Origin: an uncultured Acidobacteriota bacterium | Lineage (GTDB): Bacteria > Acidobacteriota > Thermoanaerobaculia > UBA5066 > Gp7-AA6 | Direction of reading: 5' to 3' | DNA length: 64,000 bases | Assembly (NCBI GenBank): GCA_963725095.1 | Contig: CAVRXJ010000025.1 | Coordinates: forward strand, 407,949-471,948 | Shown: one piece after another, positions 45,332-55,066 of the stretch | How the letters are laid out: each line of letters starts with the position of its first letter | Position numbering within the stretch: the stretch's first letter is position 1 | Notes under the pieces: generated by a model | Told to the model about the DNA's origin: nothing | Seen by the model: only the letters and a program-made list of their open reading frames with translations | The model's database searches: none | Made by a program: the position numbers and the translations under genes

Positions 45332-46436
45332 CTAGCGGATTTCCTCGAAGTAGCCGTGCAGCTCCCGCAGGGCGGGCCGATCGATCTTCTGGTCCCGCAG
45401 CGACTCCCGGAGCAGCTGCAGCGCGGCCATGCCCTCCGGAACCATGTGGAGCTCCTGGATGACCGGCAAGGCCTCGAGCACCGATTGCGTGGCCGCCTGC
45501 TCCTGCCCGAGCTCGAGGAGCAGGTCGGCGATCACGAGGTGGAGGGCCGCCACGTCGGCGCGCATTCCGATCTGCTCGAACTCGATCTGCGCGGCGCGGT
45601 ACGTCTCGATCGACTGCGCGAGGTTACCGGTCTCCCGGAGCAGCGTCGCGAGCCCCCACTGGACCTTGGCGAGGGCGACGCGGTCCTCGATCCGCCTCAA
45701 GACGGGGATCGCCTTCCGGGAGGCTTCGATGGCGCGCTCGGCGTCGCCCTGCATTCCGTAGAGGTGCGTGAGGTTGGCGTAGGAGGAAGCCACGAGCTTC
45801 TCGCTGCCGAGCGATTCGGCGTCGCTGCAGATCTGCAGGAAGACGTCGGTCGCCTCGGCGAGCTTCTCGCTCTCCAGGAGCGCGAGACCTTCGAGGAAAC
45901 GCGCCTTCAGCTCTTCCTCGGGCATCGGGAGCTTCCGGAAGCTCTGCACGAGCGACGGCGAGAGCTCGAGCACCGCCTCGAGATTCCTCTCCTCCAGGCG
46001 CAGGGCGAGCCTCTGGTAGGCCAGGCGAGACAGGTCCGCCACGGCGTTCATGGTGTGCCGGAAGCCGGCTTCCGACCGATCGAACCAGAGCCGCGCCTCG
46101 TCCCGCCGCGAGAGCTGGCGGCAGGCGGTGCCGCAGATCAGGGCGAACTCCCCGAGGAAGTATTCGCGCTCGTCGAACAGCCCGATCGGCCGGTCGGGAG
46201 TCAGGAGGAAGCGGTAGGTGAACTCGGCCTCGTCGCGAACGACCGCGGGCGTCGTGTCGAGCCGGTCCCGCAGCCGCGTCGCCAGCGAGAGCAGGACGTC
46301 GGGCTCTTCGAGATGGAGCTCTTCGGCCCGCGCCGCGCGCTCGGAGAGGGGCGCGCCGAGGATCCGATCGGCCGAGCCCTCCACTTCCTCGGGCGAGATG
46401 CCCGCGGCTGGGAAAGCGGATCACGCGCCCGACCAT
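45332..46436 (-). CDS. TPR-like helical repeat protein; frame break near ~46400
   Basis: ORF 45332..46384 (350 aa) is all-helical, with repeats such as ASSYANLTHLYGMQGDAERAIEASRKAIPVL and AKVQWGLATLLRETGNLAQSIETYRAAQIEF. The N-terminus MVGRVIRFP from ATG 46436 is in another frame. Confidence 0.6.
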
Positions 46437-46796
46437 CAGAGCTCCTCGTCCATGCGGGACTGGAGGTCCATGGCGAGGTCTTCGGGCTCCCGAGAGAGGA
46501 TGCGGTTCAACCCGTCATCGGGCGAGGGCTGTCCGGCGAGCTTCCAGAGCTGGAGGGATCGTCCGTACTGGCAGGCCGCCGAGAGCAGAGCGAGGCGAAG
46601 CGCCTTCGGCGTGCATCTGGGGCCCGCCGCCCCGCTTGGCCAGGCGGAGAAACCAGACGAGCAGATCCTCTTCGGCGCCGGCCGTTTCCTCGACCGTCAG
46701 CCGGTAGTGGGAGAGGAGGGTCGTGCGGACCACGACCTGGAGGCGCGCAAATACCTCGCGCGCCTCGTCATCCCGGACTGGAGAAATGCGCTGCAC
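46436..46796 (-). CDS. hypothetical small helical protein (weak resemblance to ECF sigma region 2 only); frame break near ~46620
   Basis: GTG 46796 gives MQRISPVRDDEAREVFARLQVVVRTTLLSHYRLTVEETAGAEEDLLVWFLRLAKRGG. After a frame change it continues ALRLALLSAACQYGRSLQLWKLAGQPSPDDGLNRILSREPEDLAMDLQSRMDEEL*. The stop overlaps the TPR gene start by 1 nt. Confidence 0.4.
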
Positions 46797-46893
46797 GGCT
46801 GGCTTTCTGGAAGTCTGAGCAAGGCTACACGACTCCCCGGAGCCGGTAAAGGCACGAATGTGGCGGTCGCGAAGGCCTGAGGCGCCGAGAGGG

Positions 46894-47022
46894 TTAGATC
46901 AGGTCGGGAATGACTCCGCCGATCTTGATCACGAAGCGCGTCGTCTTCTTCTCGGGACGGGACGCCTTCGGGACCTCGATCGGACGTTCGGGGAGCCGGG
47001 CAGGTGTGGTGGAAGAAGCCAT
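46894..47022 (-). CDS. 42-codon micro-ORF with a strong RBS
   Basis: AAAGGAGA lies 6 nt upstream of ATG 47022. The product is MASSTTPARLPERPIEVPKASRPEKKTTRFVIKIGGVIPDLI*. It forms the tail of track ORF 46894..47523 and sits in an otherwise non-coding, less GC-rich ~440-bp gap. Confidence 0.4.
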   Translation of the reverse strand: MASSTTPARLPERPIEVPKASRPEKKTTRFVIKIGGVIPDLI

Positions 47023-47039
47023 CGTCGTCTCCTTTCGCC

Positions 47040-47063
47040 AAAAACGCTCGGGACCTCCGAGCG
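47040..47063 (-). terminator. intrinsic-terminator-like hairpin (CGCUCGG-agguc-CCGAGCG followed by UUUUU) immediately 5' of the micro-ORF RBS
   Basis: Read directly from the sequence: 47045-47051 pairs with 47057-47063, and a 5-nt T-run on the minus strand covers 47040-47044. Confidence 0.35.
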
Positions 47064-47081
47064 GATCACTTCGAATCTGAG

Positions 47082-47100
47082 GGAATTGGATCACAATTCC
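47082..47100. promoter_or_regulatory. perfect palindrome GGAATTG-gatca-CAATTCC in the divergent intergenic region (candidate operator)
   Basis: Read directly from the sequence. It lies between the divergently oriented micro-ORF and M16 peptidase genes. Confidence 0.25.
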
Positions 47101-47238
47101 GCCCCGCCGGGTATCACCCAATTTGGAGGGGGCTGCAGGCGCCGGTGCCTCGGTCCGCATCTCAACTGCCTGAAAACGCGCGAATTGCGGTAATCTACGC
47201 CGGCCTTTGGCAGAGTCCTGCCGCGAGAGGAGTCTTCG

Positions 47239-50103
47239 ATGCTTCGAGTTCCCGCCGCCATGGCGATCCTGGCGCTGCTCGCCCCGCTGGCCGTCGCCCA
47301 GAGGAAGGGATCGCCGGCCAAGCCCGCTCAGACTCCCCGACGTCCTCCCCTTCAACGCCTCCGAGAAACTCCTCTCGAACGGCCTGAAGGTCATCGTCGT
47401 TCCGACCGGCTTCCCCAACATCGTCTCGCTGCAGATCCCCGTCCAGACCGGATCGCGCAACGAGGTGGAGCCGGGCAAGTCGGGCTTCGCCCACTTCTTC
47501 GAGCACATGATGTTCCGGGGCACACCGGACTATCCGCCCGCGAAGTACCAGGGGATCCTGACCCAGGTCGGCGCCCGCCAGAACGCCTACACGACCGACG
47601 ACTACACCAACTACCACACGACCTTCTCCAAGGAAGACCTCGACCTGATGCTCCGGGTGGAGGCCGACCGGTTCCAGCACCTCTCCTACGACGAGGCCGC
47701 GTTCAAGACCGAGTCGCGCGCGGTGCTCGGCGAGTACAACAAGAACAGCGCCAACCCGATCAACAAGCTCGACGAAGCCCAGCGGGAGAAGGCCTTCACC
47801 ACGCACACGTACAAGCACACGACGATGGGCTTCCTCAAGGACATCGAGGACATGCCCAACCAGTACGCCTACTCGAAGGAGTTCTTCCAACGCTGGTACC
47901 GCCCCGAGCACACGACGATCATCGTCGCGGGCGACGTCCAGGCCGAACCCGTCTTCGCCCTCGTCGAGAAGTACTGGGGAGGCTGGAAGCCCGGGACCTA
48001 CCGCGCCGCGATCCCCCAGGAACCTCCGGCCAAGGGGCCCGTGTCCACGCACGTCAGCTGGCCGAGCCCGACGCTGCCCTGGGTCAGCGTCGGATTCCAC
48101 TGCCCGGCCTTCTCCGACACCGAGAAGTCCTTCGCGGCGCTCGACATGCTCTTCGACCTCACCTTCGGCGAGACCTCCGACCTCTACAAGAGGCTCGTCG
48201 AGACCGAGCAGAAGGTCGACCAGATCTTCGCCGACAGCGGCGGCGCGCAGGATCCGTCGCTCGCGACGGTGTACGCGCGCGTCAAGAAGCTCGAGGACGC
48301 GGTCTACGTGCGCGACCAGATTCTCGCCGCCTTCGCCGCCGCGACCGCGACCCCGGTCGACGCCCGGCGCCTCGCCGACGCGAAGAGCAACGCCCGCTAC
48401 AGCTTCGCGCGGCGCCTCGACAACACGGAGACGATCGCCGCGAGCCTGGCGCGGTTCGTTCGCTACGACCGCTCCTACCAGACGCTCAACCGGCTCTACC
48501 GGGTCTACGCCTCGCTCGACGCCGGAAGACCTCCAGGCCGTCGCGAAGACCTACTTCACCGACGCCAACCTCGTCCTCGCGACGCTTTCGAGCTCGCCGA
48601 TGCCCGAAGCCATGGCGACGCTCCCGGCGCTCGCGACGTTCGCTGCCGAAGGCCGCCGGCCGGCGCGACGGACTCTGAACTTCCTCGTCCAGAAGACCGT
48701 GCTCCCGCAGCTGAACGTGAAGCTGCTCTTCACCGTCGGCTCGGCGTACGACCCGAAGGGCAAGGAGGGACTCTCGGCCCTCGCCTCCGCGATGATCGCG
48801 CAGGCGGGCTCCCGCGACCTCCGGATCGACGAGATCAACCGCGCGCTGTATCCGATGGCGGGCTCGTTCAACGACCAGGTCGACAAGGAGATGACGACGT
48901 TCACCGGCTCGATCCACCGGGACAACTGGAAGGCGTTCTTCGACATCGTCCTCCCGCAGCTTCTCGACCCCGGCTTCCGCGCGGAGGACTTCCAGCGCCT
49001 GAAGGACGCCCAGCTGAACGCGCTCACCGAGGATCTGCGCGCCAACAACGAGGAGGAGCTCGGCAAGGAGCAGCTGCAGGCGACCCTCTTCGCCGGAACT
49101 CCCTATGGCCATCCCGTCCTCGGCACCGTCGCCGGAATCCAGTCGATCACGCTCCAGGACGTTCAGGACTTCGTCCGCGCGGCGTACACGCGCTCGGCCC
49201 TCACGATCGGCGTCGCCGGAGACGCGCCGGAGGAGCTGCTCGCCCGCCTGCGCACGGAGCTCGCGACGGCTCCCGGCCGGGCCCGCCCTGCCCGAAGCCC
49301 GAGGGCGTCGTCGCGCGAAAACCCCGAGGCGTGCAGGTCGAGATCATCGAGAAGGACACCCGGGCCACCGCGATCTCGCTCGGGCAGCCGACCGCCGTCG
49401 TCCGCTCCTCGCCGGACTTTGCCGCCCTCTGGGTGGCGCGCACCTGGCTCGGCGAGCACCGCTCCTCCGTCTCACACCTGTACCAGCGGATCCGCGAGAC
49501 GCGCGGCATGAACTACGGGGACTATGCCTACATCGAGGCCTTCCCGCGCGGGATGTTCCAGTTCTTCCCGGACCCGAACCTCGCCCGGCGCGCCCAGATC
49601 TTCGAGATCTGGATCCGGCCGGTCATGCCGGACAACGCCCACATGGCGCTGCGCATCGCCGTCGCCGAGCTCGACCGCCTCGTCGCAGAACGGGCTCTCC
49701 CAGGAGGACTTCGAGAACGACGCGCGGCTACCTGATGAAGAACGTCTACGTCATGACGGCGACGCAGAACCAGCAGATCGGCTACGCGCTCGACTCGAAG
49801 TGGTACGGGATCGGCGAGTTCACGACCTACATGCGGGAGCAGCTCGGCAAGCTCACGCGCGAGGACGTCAACCGCGCCATCCGGAAGCACCTCTCGGCCG
49901 GCGACCTCTCGGTGGTCATCATCACCAAGGATGCCAAGGGCCTCAAGGACAAGCTCGTGGCGGACACGTTCTCGCCCATCAAGTACGACGGCGAGAAGCC
50001 GCAGGAGCTGCTCGACGAAGACAAGGTCATCGGCGCGCGCAAGCTCGGGATCACCCCGGAGAACGTCAAGATCATCCCCGTCGACGACGTGTTCGCGCGG
50101 TGA
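47239..50103 (+). CDS. secreted fused double-M16 (pitrilysin family) zinc peptidase, ~950 aa; at least 4 frame breaks
   Basis: GAGAGGAG RBS and a signal peptide MLRVPAAMAILALLAPLAVAQ. The active half carries GFAHFFEHMMFRGT (the HxxEH motif) in ORF 47207... The second M16-like half, lacking HxxEH, reads LNVKLLFTVGSAYDPKGKEGLSALASAM in ORF 48600... The tail is in ORF 49105..50103. Confidence 0.85.
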
Positions 50104-50127
50104 CGCGCCGCGCAGCGGCCGGGCGGC

Positions 50128-51147
50128 TCAGCCTCGGGGCCGCCGCCCGGTCGTCAGCACCGCGGCGCCCTGCACCTCTCCCCGCTTGATGCGACGGCAG
50201 CGCCTGTCCCGCTTCCGCGAGCGGGTGGACCTCGGTCTCGGCCCGCACGGGGATGCGCGCGGCGAGCTCGAGGAACTCCTCGGCGTCGCGCCGCGTGTAG
50301 TTCATGACGCTTCGGACCGTGCGCTCGCCGTAGAGCAGCGGATAGTCGAGGGCGGGGATGCGGGCTCATGTGGATCGCGTTGACGGCGACGGTTCCGCCG
50401 CGCTCCGAGGCGCGCGAGCGCCGCGCGCACGACCTCGCCGGCGGGCGCGAACGTGACCGCGGCGTCCATCGGCGATTCCCGGGTCGTCGTCCGTCTCGCC
50501 GGCCCACTGCGGCCCCCATGCGCAGGGCGAGCGCGCGGTGGTGCGCCTCGCGCGTGAAGGCGTAGACCTCGCAGCCCCAGTCGAGGGCCACCTGGATGGC
50601 GAGGTGCGCCGACGCGCCGAATCCGAACAGGCCCAGGCGCCCCCCGGGCCGGACCTCCGCGAGCCGCAGCGCGCGGTAGCCGATGATTCCGGCGCAGAGG
50701 AGCGGGGCCGCGTCCACGGCGGAAACGCCCTCCGGCAGGCGGTAGACCCACCGGGCGTCGGCGGTCATGAATTCCGCGTAGCCGCCGTCGCGGTCCTTGC
50801 CCGGTGAAGGCCGCGCGCTCGCACAGGTTCTCCCGTTCCGAGAGGCAGAACCGGCATTCGCCGCAGGTCGACGCCACCCAGCCCACGCCGACCGCGTCGC
50901 CGATCGAGAAGCCTTCGGCTCCCTGCCCAGCCTCGACCACCCGGCCCGCCGCCTGATGGCCCGGCACCACCGGGAGCCGCGCGGGGACCTCGCCCTCGAC
51001 GATGTGCAGGTCCGTGCGGCAGACGCCGCACGCCTCGATCTCGAGCAGCGACTTCTCCCGCGCCCGGCGCGGGGCTCGCGGAAGATCGACGCCCTCGAGC
51101 GGCATGCTCTCGGCCGGGCCGGCCCGCCGGAGGACCTGTGCTCTCAT
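50128..51147 (-). CDS. zinc-dependent alcohol dehydrogenase family protein; at least 4 frame breaks
   Basis: EACGVCRTDLHIVEGE...VPGHQAAGRV...CGECRFCLSERENLC is in ORF 50302... GLFGFGASAHLAIQVA is in ORF 50154.., and the C-terminus is in ORF 50072... Confidence 0.8.
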
Positions 51148-51183
51148 ACGCGAAGGATTCTGACTTATTCTGGATCCGGTCCG

Positions 51184-51625
51184 ATGACCCGGATCGACGC
51201 CCTGCTCGCCGACTACGGAGCCCACCACCGCACGCGGGGAAACCTCGTCTGCCACGCTTTCGGAATCACGCTGATCCTCTACGGCAGTCTCGCCATGCTG
51301 CTCGACGGTGCCGCTGCCGGTCCCGCCCTGGACCGCGGCCGAGGCGCTCATCGCCGGCGCGACGCTCTACTATTTTCGGCTGAGCGCCGCGCTGGCCCTG
51401 ATGATGCTCGCCGAAGGCGTCCTCTTCGATCTGCTGGCGCGCGCCGTCGACGACTGGCGCCTGGGCCTGGCCGCCTTCGGCGTGGGCTGGGTCCTCCAGG
51501 CGATCGGGCACGCGCGCTTCGAGAAGAATCGCCCGGCGTTCTTCAAGAACCTGGTCCACCTTCTCGTGGGGCCGCTCTACCTCTGGAACGAGCTGCTGCG
51601 GGTTCGTCCCGCTCCCCCGGCGTAG
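51184..51625 (+). CDS. DUF962 (Mpo1/YGL010w-like) membrane protein; frame break near ~51310
   Basis: MTRIDALLADYGAHHRTRGNLVCHAFGITLILYG is followed, in ORF 51308.., by FGVGWVLQAIGHARFEKNRPAFFKNLVHLLVGPLYLWNE. Confidence 0.7.
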
Positions 51626-51633
51626 GCGGACCC

Positions 51634-51938
51634 TCAGCAGAACGTCGTGAGCACGGCGTTGGGGTGCTCGAGGCGGTAGCCCTCCCCCGCGGGGTCGGGG
51701 TCCACGTCGAGGACGGCTCCGGCGAGACGCGCGTACGCCTCGGGATCCATGACGACGGGAATGCCCGAGGCCTCGAAGCGGTGGCCCTCCTCCGGGGGGA
51801 TTCTCCTCGACGGAGATTCGAAACCCCGTTCCCCCGCAGCCGAGCAGGTGCCGCACGGTCAGGGCCGAGCGGGTGAAGTCCGACTCGGAGCGCAGGCGCT
51901 GCGCCGCGGCCGCCGTGATGATCAGGGCCGCCGGACAT
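51634..51938 (-). CDS. HesB/IscA-like small protein (frame breaks; assignment tentative)
   Basis: Manual join gives [15 protein letters not shown]...[21 protein letters not shown]...[20 protein letters not shown]...[11 protein letters not shown]. The typical C-terminal CGC is not seen. Confidence 0.45.
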
Positions 51939-51952
51939 AGGATGACGATTCT

Positions 51953-52756
51953 ATGACCCGCCGCCCGCGCGTGACCGCCGTGTCGATCGCGACCTCCGAC
52001 TCCGGCGGGGGCGCCGGGATCCAGGCCGACCTGCTCACGTTTGCGGCGCACGGCGTCCACGGCGCGACGGTCCTCGCGGCGGCGACGGCTCAAAACACGG
52101 TGCGGGTTTCCGCCATCGAGACCCTGTCTGCGGGCTTTCTCCGGGCCCAGCTCGACGCCGTCTTCTCGGACTTTCGAGCCGAAGGCCGTCAAGATCGGGA
52201 TGCTCTTCGACGCGCCCCGCATCCGCGCGGTGGCGCGCGGCCTGCGGCACTGGAAGGCGCGAAACGTCGTGCTCGACCCGGTCATGGTCGCGAAGTCCCG
52301 GGCCCGGCTCCTGTCGCCCGCGGCGCTCCGCAGCCTCAGGAAGGACCTCCTGCCGCTCGCGGATCTGGTGACGCCCAACCTGCCGGAGGCCGAGGCGCTC
52401 TCCGGAATCCGCATCCGCAGCGGAGGCCGACCGGCTTCTGGCAGCCGGGATCATCGCCAATTTCGGGGCGCGCGCCGTGCTCATCAAGGGCGGGCACGGC
52501 CGGGGCCGCGAAGTCCGGGACCTGCTGTTCGACGGCCAGGCCTTCATGGTGTTCACCGCGGAGCGCCTCGCGACGCGCGCCACGCACGGAACCGGATGCA
52601 CCCTGTCCGCGGCGATCGCCGCCAATCTCGCGCTCGGCCGCGGCCTGGAGGACGCCGTCGCGCGGTCGATCGCCTACCTGCGCGCCGGCCTCGCGAAGGG
52701 CGTACTTCCCGGGCAAGGGCTTCGGCGTTCCCGACCATCTCCCGGGGCGGTTCTAG
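51953..52756 (+). CDS. thiD: hydroxymethylpyrimidine/phosphomethylpyrimidine kinase; 3 frame breaks
   Basis: [20 protein letters not shown] is in ORF 51953... VKIGMLFDA...[16 protein letters not shown]...[12 protein letters not shown] is in ORF 52041... VLIKGGH...[16 protein letters not shown] is in ORF 52477... Confidence 0.85.
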   Translation: MTRRPRVTAVSIATSDSGGGAGIQADLLTFAAHGVHGATVLAAATAQNTVRVSAIETLSAGFLRAQLDAVFSDFRAEGRQDRDALRRAPHPRGGARPAALEGAKRRARPGHGREVPGPAPVARGAPQPQEGPPAARGSGDAQPAGGRGALRNPHPQRRPTGFWQPGSSPISGRAPCSSRAGTAGAAKSGTCCSTARPSWCSPRSASRRAPRTEPDAPCPRRSPPISRSAAAWRTPSRGRSPTCAPASRRAYFPGKGFGVPDHLPGRF

Positions 52757-53245
52757 TCCGGCGTCTCCTCGAAGACGCCCGAGGGCCTTGTTCTTTCGCG
52801 CCCGCTCGGCCGGGAGGCACATCCCGTTCATCGCGATGTAGACGCCGGGCGGCAGGACCTGCGCAAACGACAGCGCGCTGCCGAGGTTGAACAATCCGTC
52901 GGAGCTTCCGAAGGCGTACGGGACCATGGCGCCGGTCAGGACGATCGTCTTTCCGGTCCGGCCCGCCGCCAGCACGCGGCCCGTTTCGACGATCGTGTCG
53001 GTCCCGTGGGTGACGACGACCCGGTCCTCGGGCGCCTGCCGGCAGTTGGCGAGGATCGTCTCGCGGTCGGCATCCGTCATCTCCAGGCTGTCGACCATCA
53101 TGACGGTCCGGACGGCCACCGCGACCCGGCAGCGGCCCAGGCGCAGCATCTCCGGGACGTGGGTGTCCTTGAAGAAGAGCTTCCCTTCGATCTCGTCGTA
53201 CTCCTTGTCGAAGGTCCCGCCAGTGATCAGGATCCGAATCGCCAT
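52753..53245 (-). CDS. small asparaginase-domain protein (~164 aa). Track ORF 52553..53245 runs on as an Arg-rich tail antisense to thiD, so the end is inferred at TAG 52753-52755
   Basis: [16 protein letters not shown] (TGGT motif)...[14 protein letters not shown] (HGTDT motif)...IVLTGAMVP. An alternative frame gives ...GVFEETPD*. Confidence 0.6.
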
Positions 53246-53275
53246 GCGCGCGCCTCCCGCGACGGACCCGTCCCG

Positions 53276-55032
53276 TCAGGCCCAGAGGTCGAAGGGGTAG
53301 CCGAGGCTTCCGTACGTCGCCTCCGAGATCGCCGTCAACTCGGCGTCCCGGTTCTTGTCCATTTCCTTCAGGTGCCCGACCATCCGGTACTTCGCTCCCT
53401 GCACGAAGTTCCGGGCGAGCCGGACCTCCTCGGCCGCCTTCTCGCTCCCCTTCCGCGCGACCGCCGCCGTCGCGCGGGAGAGCACGGCGAGGCTCGCGTA
53501 GAGGTCGATCGCGACGTTGGCCAGCCGTTCCTGGTGGTACTGCTTGCCGATCACGCCCTTGCCGTACTTGCGCAAGCAGCGTTTCGACCGCTCCCGCCGC
53601 GGCCGCGGCGTACTTGCAGACCGCCTCGCCCTCCTTCTGGAGCTCCGGCGCCGCCTTCTCGAGCCGCCCCGGCGACACGTAGCCCCGGATCTTGCGGGCG
53701 GCGTAGTCCGAGAGGACGCCGAACGAGGTCAGCGGCGCCTTCATCGCCCGCGCGATCTCCTGGAGATCCTCGCCCGCGTCGCGCATCCCCGACAGCGCCA
53801 CGAGGGCGCGCAGGATCTCGTTGGTGCCCTCGAAGATCATGTTGATGCGCGAGTCGCGCAGCGCGCGCTCGTACGGGTACTCCTCCATGAAGCCGTTGCC
53901 GCCGGCGATCTGCAGCGCGTCGTTGATCGTCCGCCAGGCGCTCTCGGTGCCGAAGACCTTGCAGCAGGCCCCCTCGAGCGAGTAGTCCGGCAGGCCGCGG
54001 TCGACGAGACCGGCGGTCAGGTACACCATCGCCTCCAGCGCGTACGTGTTGGCGACCATGCGGGCGAATTTCGCCCGGACCATCTCGAAATCGGCGATGC
54101 GCGTCTGGAACTGCCGCCGCTGTGTCGCATGCTGCGCCGCCAGGCGGATCATGGCCTTCGAGCCGCCGATGCAGCCGGCGCCGAGCGAGGTCCGCCCGGT
54201 GTTCAAGATCTCGACGGCGATCTTGAAGCCCTGGCCCCGGACGCCGAGGACGTGGAAGGCCGGCACGCGCACGTTGGTGAGCGTGATCGGCACGGTCGAC
54301 GAACCCTTCAATCCGAGCTTCTGCTCTTCCCGGCCGGGCTCGACGCCCCCGAGGTCCCGGGTGACGGCGAACGCCGTGATCCCGCGGTGGGCGTCCGCCG
54401 CGCCGAGCCGGACGTCGCGGGCGAAGACCGTGAAGAACTTCGCGAAGCCGCCGTTGGAGATCCAGTGCTTGGTGCCGTTCAAGACGAACGTGTCCGTCTT
54501 TTCGTCGTACTCGGCCGTGCGTCTTGATCGAGGCGGCGTCGGAACCGGCCTCCGGCTCGGTGAGGGCGAAGGCGGCGATCATCTCCCCCGCGGCGAGCGC
54601 CGGCAGCCACTTCGCCTTCTGTTCCTCCGTGCCGAAGAGCACGAGCCCCTTCATCCCGATCGATTGATGGCCGCCGATCAGGATCCCGAGGGACGCGTCG
54701 GTGGTCCCGATCTCCTCCATGACGCGGCAGTAGGCCGACGTCGAGAACCCGTACCCGCCGTAGGCCTCCGGGACGATCATGCCGAAGGCGCCGAGCTCGG
54801 CGAGCCCGCGCATCACGTCCTCGGAGAACCCGTGCTCCTTCTCGACCCGCCGCGAATCGATGTGGGTTCGGGCGAACCCGCGGAAGGAGTCGAGGAAGGT
54901 CGAGACGGTCTCGCGCTCTTCGGCGGAGACCTCGGGATAGGGAAAGAGGAGGTCTTCCGGGACCCGCCCGGTGAAGAGGGAGCGGATGGGAGACTGGAGG
55001 AGAACTTCCGGGTCGGCCGCGGGGCTGTTCAT
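53276..55032 (-). CDS. fadE: long acyl-CoA dehydrogenase (FadE/VLCAD-like, ~585 aa); 2 frame breaks
   Basis: [16 protein letters not shown] is in ORF 53551... [11 protein letters not shown]...[30 protein letters not shown] is in ORF 52674... The C-terminal extension is in ORF 53276..53575. Confidence 0.85.
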
Positions 55033-55066
55033 GGTCGTCCTTCCGGATCGGTCGGGATCCCTCGCC

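Noticed and set aside
51938-51953. Divergent start codons of the IscA-like gene and thiD only 14 nt apart, which could imply a shared or overlapping promoter.
   Set aside because: Both genes carry frame breaks and the IscA-like start is uncertain, so one of the two starts is probably mis-assigned. The evidence is not solid enough to report as a regulatory feature.
52753-52756. Convergent thiD and asparaginase-like genes sharing the palindromic CTAG as both stop codons.
   Set aside because: This depends on my inferred frame correction for the asparaginase-like gene. It is most likely a coincidence of compact gene packing rather than a regulatory device.
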